NCBI GenBank assembly: GCA_963825865.1
Contig: CAWGVG010000003.1
Coordinates: forward strand, 32,001-96,000
DNA: 64,000 nucleotides
DNA from: an uncultured Nitrososphaeraceae archaeon
Lineage (GTDB): Archaea > Thermoproteota > Nitrososphaeria > Nitrososphaerales > Nitrososphaeraceae
Direction of reading: 5' to 3'
Below the pieces are notes generated by a model. The model was not told the DNA's origin. It saw only the letters and a program-made list of their open reading frames with translations, and made no database searches. The stretch's first letter is position 1. Every line of letters starts with the position of its first letter. Of this stretch, positions 57,954-64,000 are shown piece after piece. The position numbers and the translations under genes were made by a program.

Positions 57954-59442
57954 ATGATGATACCAATTGCTGATGAGTTAAGATGTATCGCGAAGGGTGA
58001 AATCCTTTCGGATAACTGGAGTAGAGAAATTTACTCTGTAGATGCAAGTCATTATACTATAAAACCATCAGTGGTAGTATGCCCAGTAGATAAGTATGAT
58101 ATAGAGAAAATATGTAAATACAGTTTTTCCAAGAATGTACCTATAACAGCAAGGGGAGCAGGAACTGGCCTTCTTGGCCAGTCTCTTTCAAATAACATCG
58201 TTATTGATTTTACCAAATACATGAACAAGATTATAGAAATTGGAACTGATTATGTTGAAGTCCAGCCAGGTGTAGTTAAAGGTGTTTTAGATAAGGAACT
58301 GAAAAAGAGAGGAAAGTTCCTTCCTCCTGACCCTGCAAGTAGCAATTACTGCACAATTGGAGGAATGATTGCAAATAATTCAAGTGGTGCTCATTGTCTG
58401 GGTTACGGTAGTACGATAGACTTTCTTCAAGAAATCTGCGTTGTTTATTCTGATGGTAATACCGGCTACATTAATGGCAATAATAAAGCTGATGATTGCA
58501 TGATGACAAAGTTGTTTAGATTACTATCACCTTACTCAGATATTATTCAAAACCGATATCCAAAAGTGACCAAAAATTCATGTGGTTATAGGCTTGATGC
58601 GGTAATAAACGACCAAGGTTTTTCACCTCAAAAAATATTTGCTGCTTCTGAAGGCACATTAGGAATACTAACTTCTGCAAGGCTAAAGATCTTGGATATT
58701 CCCCTGTATCGTCATTTGCTAGTGTTAGGTTTTGAGGATTTGTTATCTGCTATATCGGAAGTTCCACTTATTTTACAATTTTCTCCTATTGCCCTTGAAA
58801 TGCTTGATCACACAGTTGTCTCACAAGAGGAGAGGAATACTCCTCAGCAACTATCCACTAAACCTGGTTGTATATTATTTGTAGAATTTGCAGGAGACAA
58901 GATTGGATATGTCGAGAGAAAACTTAATCACTGTAAAGAAAAATTGTCTGGCAAGTGTAACATCATAGAAAGCGTAAGTGATGAACATAGTATGACACGG
59001 ATATGGGAAGCGCGCAAAGGTGCATTAAATCGTATTATGAAATTGACGTATGGAACAAGAAAACCGATTGGCTTAATAGAAGATACAGTGGTTAAACCAA
59101 CTCTATTGCATGCTTACACGCAATATCTCCTACGAACTGTACTTTGATAATAAACTAGACTACGTAGTTTATGGTCATGTAGGAGACGGAAATTTGCATA
59201 CAAGACCGTTAATCGATATGGATTCCAAATCTGAAGTTGAATTAATAGAACGTCTTGCTCAACAAGTTTTCGACAGAGTAATAAGAACCGGTGGAACAAT
59301 AACAGGAGAACACGGAGATGGACTAGCCAGAGTAAAGTATATTCCATATATGTATGGTAACGAGATGTTTTCTATTTTTCTACAGGTAAAAAAAATATTT
59401 GATCCCAAGTTCCTCCTGAATCCTGGCAAGAAGATTGCATAA
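57954..59442 (+). CDS. FAD-binding oxidoreductase (GlcD/D-lactate dehydrogenase-like; frameshift near 59130)
   Basis: YSVDAS, ARGAGTGL, PDPAS, TIGGMIANNSSG, SEGTLG, GHVGDGNLH, GEHGDG, FDP..LLNPGK. Confidence 0.92.
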
Positions 59443-60015
59443 TGTTATGGAACTAAATGACTTTTTTAAAAAACCCTAGATTAATCGTACATAATCTACT
59501 ACCGCTAACCAGCTATTTCAAGCTCTCCATACATATAAAGTTAAAAAAGAACTGCGTTCCTATCAAAAAAAACCCTAGAACTGTTTCTATGGCATCAAGT
59601 ATCAGTTCTCCATACTTCTCTGCAATAATCATTCATACTACTGGTGCACCTAAGGTACAACTCTGCAAAGAGGATTTTTTGTTTTGTGAGTTTGTATAGA
59701 TGCAATGAATAGTGGCGCCTTTTGATGAACTTTTACCTACCCTGTATTGCTTAATTGAATGGCACCAGAGACATGAGGAAATCAACTCGTACTTTTTTTT
59801 CAATATTCTGTCTGAGTAATTTAGAGATTACGATCTTGTTGGTGAATCTCTTCACCTGTCATAATTTTAGCCAGTTTTCGTCAGATAGGACTTTCTAGAC
59901 TGTTATCAATTTTTTGTAATGTAGGAGATTTATGATTTGATGTAAATTGTTAAAAAGGAAAACAAAATGAATAAATGATATTGTATAATAGTGGCGCTTG
60001 CCTCAGGCTAGCTTT

Positions 60016-60820
60016 TCAAAGTCTTTATAATTACTCTGCTTTTGATTTAGTAATTTATTAAAATTCTTGTGAATTAAGTCGCTATACTGAAGAGCCTTTT
60101 TGGGCCTCATTGCAGATTCTCTTGGAACTCCTATTGAAAGAAGCAGCTTCTCTCAATATGTGTTTTCGAACAAGATCATCAGTATGCCTGATTTTTTGGT
60201 CAATAGGAATATGCTTGGCAAAAGAAATAAAATTACGCGATAAAAACGGCTGTTTGAAATTTACCCCAAATTCTGTCGTTACCACGTCTACCTCTTTCAT
60301 AAGTATACATTCATTTTCGATTTTTTCAGTCATCAGTTCCATTATGCGTGTTTTGCCATGATTATACATTAATCTGTATATGTTATATCCACAAAATAGT
60401 TCATCGCGAGCCATTTGCAGTTAAAATGAGCCTAGATTCATTTTCGCCAGCAAGGCGGGCTATATATGTATACGCAACGCAATTTTCAATATGAGATATA
60501 TTTTGACAGCCAATTTTTTGACGCACGTACTCTATGCTATCGCGAAAATGATCTTTGTTTAATTTGTGTATCTTATGAGACAAACCCATTTTTGAAGCAA
60601 TTCCCTTCGAAAATTCAATGTCATTGGACTCTGGAAATCCTATCGTCAATAATATAACTTTCAGTCCGAGGTCTTTACATATTTTTGCAAGTAATGAACT
60701 GTCAACTCCGCCAGAAAAAGCGATTGCTAACGAGGCTTCGCCTATTATGGTTTCTGCAACCGCCGCAAAAAGTGCATTTTTTAGATCAGAATAATCAGTT
60801 CCCGTTGATATATGAATCAA
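60016..60820 (-). CDS. Asparagine synthase C-terminal-domain-only protein (2 frameshifts)
   Basis: PP-loop AFSGGVDSSL, TANG.DELFCGY, PFL, RKHILRE; tail RPKKALQYS. Confidence 0.8.
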
Positions 60821-61312
60821 TACATAATTTTACATTATAAAATTAAATCTTTCTATCGGCATCCCATCTAATCAGTTTTAATATAATAATCTTCGATGAC
60901 GATAGAATTAATTAAGTAAAAATAAAAAACATAAATCAGTAAAATACTCGTGTTAACTACCACGAATAATGGGACAAGTTTATAATCGAAATAATTGTGT
61001 AGTCATAGAAGCAATGGATACTCAACAATCAACGTGGTTAGGTTATTCTTATATATTATGAACTACGAATAAAATTATTGACAGATTCTCGCTCCACCAT
61101 TATTTTTCGGTGAACATAAATATGACAGAATGCGTAGCTTGGCTTAAATACTGGTGTCGTTTATGCTCCTTAACCAAATATTATATAATAAGCGAATTTA
61201 AATGCAAATTATTAATGCTTTCATTAATAGTTTAAGGATATTTAATAACCTATTCAATCATAAAGGAATCTTACATACAAAAGGCTAATTAACATAATTA
61301 CACTAAAATAAA

Positions 61313-62996
61313 ATGCAAATTACTAATTCTTTCCTTTGGGGTCCAACGTCCTCTTATCAAGTCGAAGGCGGAATTACAAACAACGATTGGAGCTTTTTTA
61401 CAAAATCAGAGCCTATTAAGAATAGGATATCTTCTCTGACAAAACCAAGTATATTCTATAAAGGTAGGAGTCATGTTCGCTTACAACCATGCAGAAGAAG
61501 CTGTAAGATTTTGGGATCCAAGATTCTATGTAAAAGATTTTGAGATTGCCAGAAGAATAGGAATGAATAGTTTTAGAATTAGTTTGGAATGGTCTCGTAT
61601 TGAACCAGAGAAAGGTGAATGGGACCAAATAGCTATTGATCACTACAAAGAAATGGTAAGATCCATGAGAGACATAGGATTAACTCCTATTGTTACATTG
61701 AACCATTTCACACTCCCATTGTGGGTATTAACACCTCCTAGCAGATTTAAGAAAATAATAGGTCAGCATTTATTACCATCACCATTAAGAGATGCCCCAC
61801 TTGGAGATCCACCATCAACAGATCCCTATTGGAATTCTCTTAGAGGCTGGGAGAATTATAGCACTGTTGAAGAATTTATTAAATATGTGGTAAGGGTTGT
61901 TTCAGAATTAAAAGATCAGGTTGACTATTGGATAACGATGAACGAACCCGTTGCATCCGTTGTAGGTGTAGGCTATATAGCAGGATTATCGCCTCCTGGT
62001 TTTTTGCTTGATGGCAAACGAGCGAAAATAGTATTACATAATCTCATCGAGGCACATGTTCAAGCATATAATAAAATAAATGCTCTTGATGATATCGATG
62101 CTGATGGAGACGGCTTTCCGAGCAGAGTTGGCTTTGCACATTTAATGATGGCTGTCAGTCCAGCCAAACCCACCAAAATATTTGGAGTGACTATAAAGAA
62201 TAACATTGAAGCTACCAAAAATTTTGATTATTTTATAAATGACTACTTTATTAATGCTGTTACATATGGTGAAGAGGATCTAAACTACCTGAATACTCTT
62301 CAAATACAAAACAAAGATAGTAAGGATTTTATCGTACATGATGACTGGAAGGATAAGGTCGACTTTATTGGCATTGATTACTATCGGCGAGTGTATATTT
62401 ACTACAGCCCTATAGTTGCGTTATCTCCAGCAAGGTTTGTCGGAGGAGCGTTAGTAAATGATCTACATATACAGGATAAAAAAAACTACCGTCATTGTCA
62501 TACCCGCCATATACTAAACGATTTAGGATGGGAAATCTATCCAGAAGGATTATACCATTTGATTATGCATATAAAAAATCAATGGAATAAACCTGTATTT
62601 ATTACTGAAAACGGTGTTGCCGACAAATCTGATGAATATCGTGCCCCATTTATTGTAGCACACCTTCAACAGTTCAAACGAGCTATAGATGAGGGTGCAG
62701 ATGCCGTGGGATACTTGCATTGGTCTCTTATGGATAATTATGAGTGGCATGAAGGATATACACCTGAAGCAAAGTTTGGATTATTTAGAATTGATCGCGG
62801 TGGAAATGATGGACAACAACAACCACAGCAGCCAGATTTCACTAGACATATAACTAAAGGTGCAGAAGCATTCAAAATCATTATAGAAGAATCACTTAAT
62901 CGGAACAAAAGTGGAGTAATCTCAAATTCCGCCATTCTAAAAGCAAAGGAGAAATTTGGAATTGTTATTGCCGATGGCTCAAATATTACTTATTAA
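61313..62996 (+). CDS. Glycoside hydrolase family 1 (frameshift near 61490)
   Basis: FLWG..SYQVEG, FRISLEWSRI, TLNHFTLP.W, acid/base TMNEP, nucleophile ITENG, WSLMDNYEW, FGL. Confidence 0.93.
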
Positions 62997-64000
62997 GAGC
63001 GGAAGAAGTGGTATAATAAAATATTTTGTTTAGACGAATCAAGTATTCCATAGCGAAAAGATGATAATTCACAGCTTGTTGTTTACTTCTAACATTTGCA
63101 TACATGGTATAATGTTACCAATCAATGTTAACAATAATCCTAAGAAGTAGTAGATCTGGCTGAGAAGCAGCTCTTAGATATTCAGAACTTTCTGTTGTTT
63201 GTTCTTACATTGTTATCTTTTAATTCCACTAGAATTAAATTTAAATCGTCACTCGTCTACATGAATTACTAATCCTGCTTCAGAATATTAGAATGATATA
63301 TGTTACTTTATTCTTTCAGGTCACGGATAGCCACAATGCTATGCTATACTAAGATATCTATATATGGAACACATAATACTTGATATAGATATATAGTTGG
63401 AATCGCAATAGTAGCAAGTATCATGATTGTTAGTTCTAATGGTGCTGTTTCTGGACATCTATCAAATGTATCTTTTTAGATGATACTGTATATACGCGAT
63501 TGTTTCAATCTTGTACGAGAACGTATTACTATTATATAATGAAAACATGCTCTATATAGATATGTGCAGATGGATATAAATATATCCAATCTAGATATTG
63601 CATTTTCAAGTCACCTTCCTGCTGGGTCTTAAAACCCTCTGCTACCATTATCCCTTCCGACACATCCTTACTTTAATGATGAATTTCACTAAATTTAGAA
63701 AAAATAGGCTTTAAAAAGTAATTCAATAGACCTATTGTCAGCTGTATAATCACTTTGTTAGTATGATATATTGCAATAACAGTACTTGCTCGAAACCTGT
63801 TATTGTCACATGTGTCAGAAACAATATTCTACTGTCTACTGGGTGTCCAAGCTTCCTCCTTCTGCTACTGTTCAAATCTATAAAACTTCATAGCTAGACG
63901 AAAAAGCATGAATTTTATCGTTATGTGATGTTGCTTCCTTGTCTAGAGTTCGTTCATTATCCACAGCTGTTCTTAAGGAAGTTATCAGCTTGTCAGACCT

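Overview
AT-rich archaeal chromosomal segment. Its gene content (archaeal rpl2, CDC48, the PoK/PPS/PanB/CoaBC CoA pathway, cupredoxin, F5/8-type secreted proteins, small wHTH regulators) points to a soil ammonia-oxidising archaeon of the Nitrososphaeraceae; this is inferred from family recognition, not from a search. Housekeeping blocks are HD-hydrolase-pyrH, tmk, HIT, APS reductase-sat, nth, rpl2, cdc48, cbiH/cobJ and CoA biosynthesis. They alternate with accessory DNA containing two near-identical IS5-family (IS903-like) elements with 8-bp TSDs, a 105-bp MITE with TIRs and a TSD, an orphan beta-class DNA methyltransferase, secreted modular proteins and several decayed gene remnants. Many genes, including essential ones, are split by single-base indels, which are most likely long-read consensus errors; I report these genes as joined spans. 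The best candidate for an under-described system is a frameshift-hidden, catalytically divergent SelD/AIR-synthase-like gene transcribed divergently from the APS reductase-sat pair. No tRNA, rRNA or CRISPR array was recognised.
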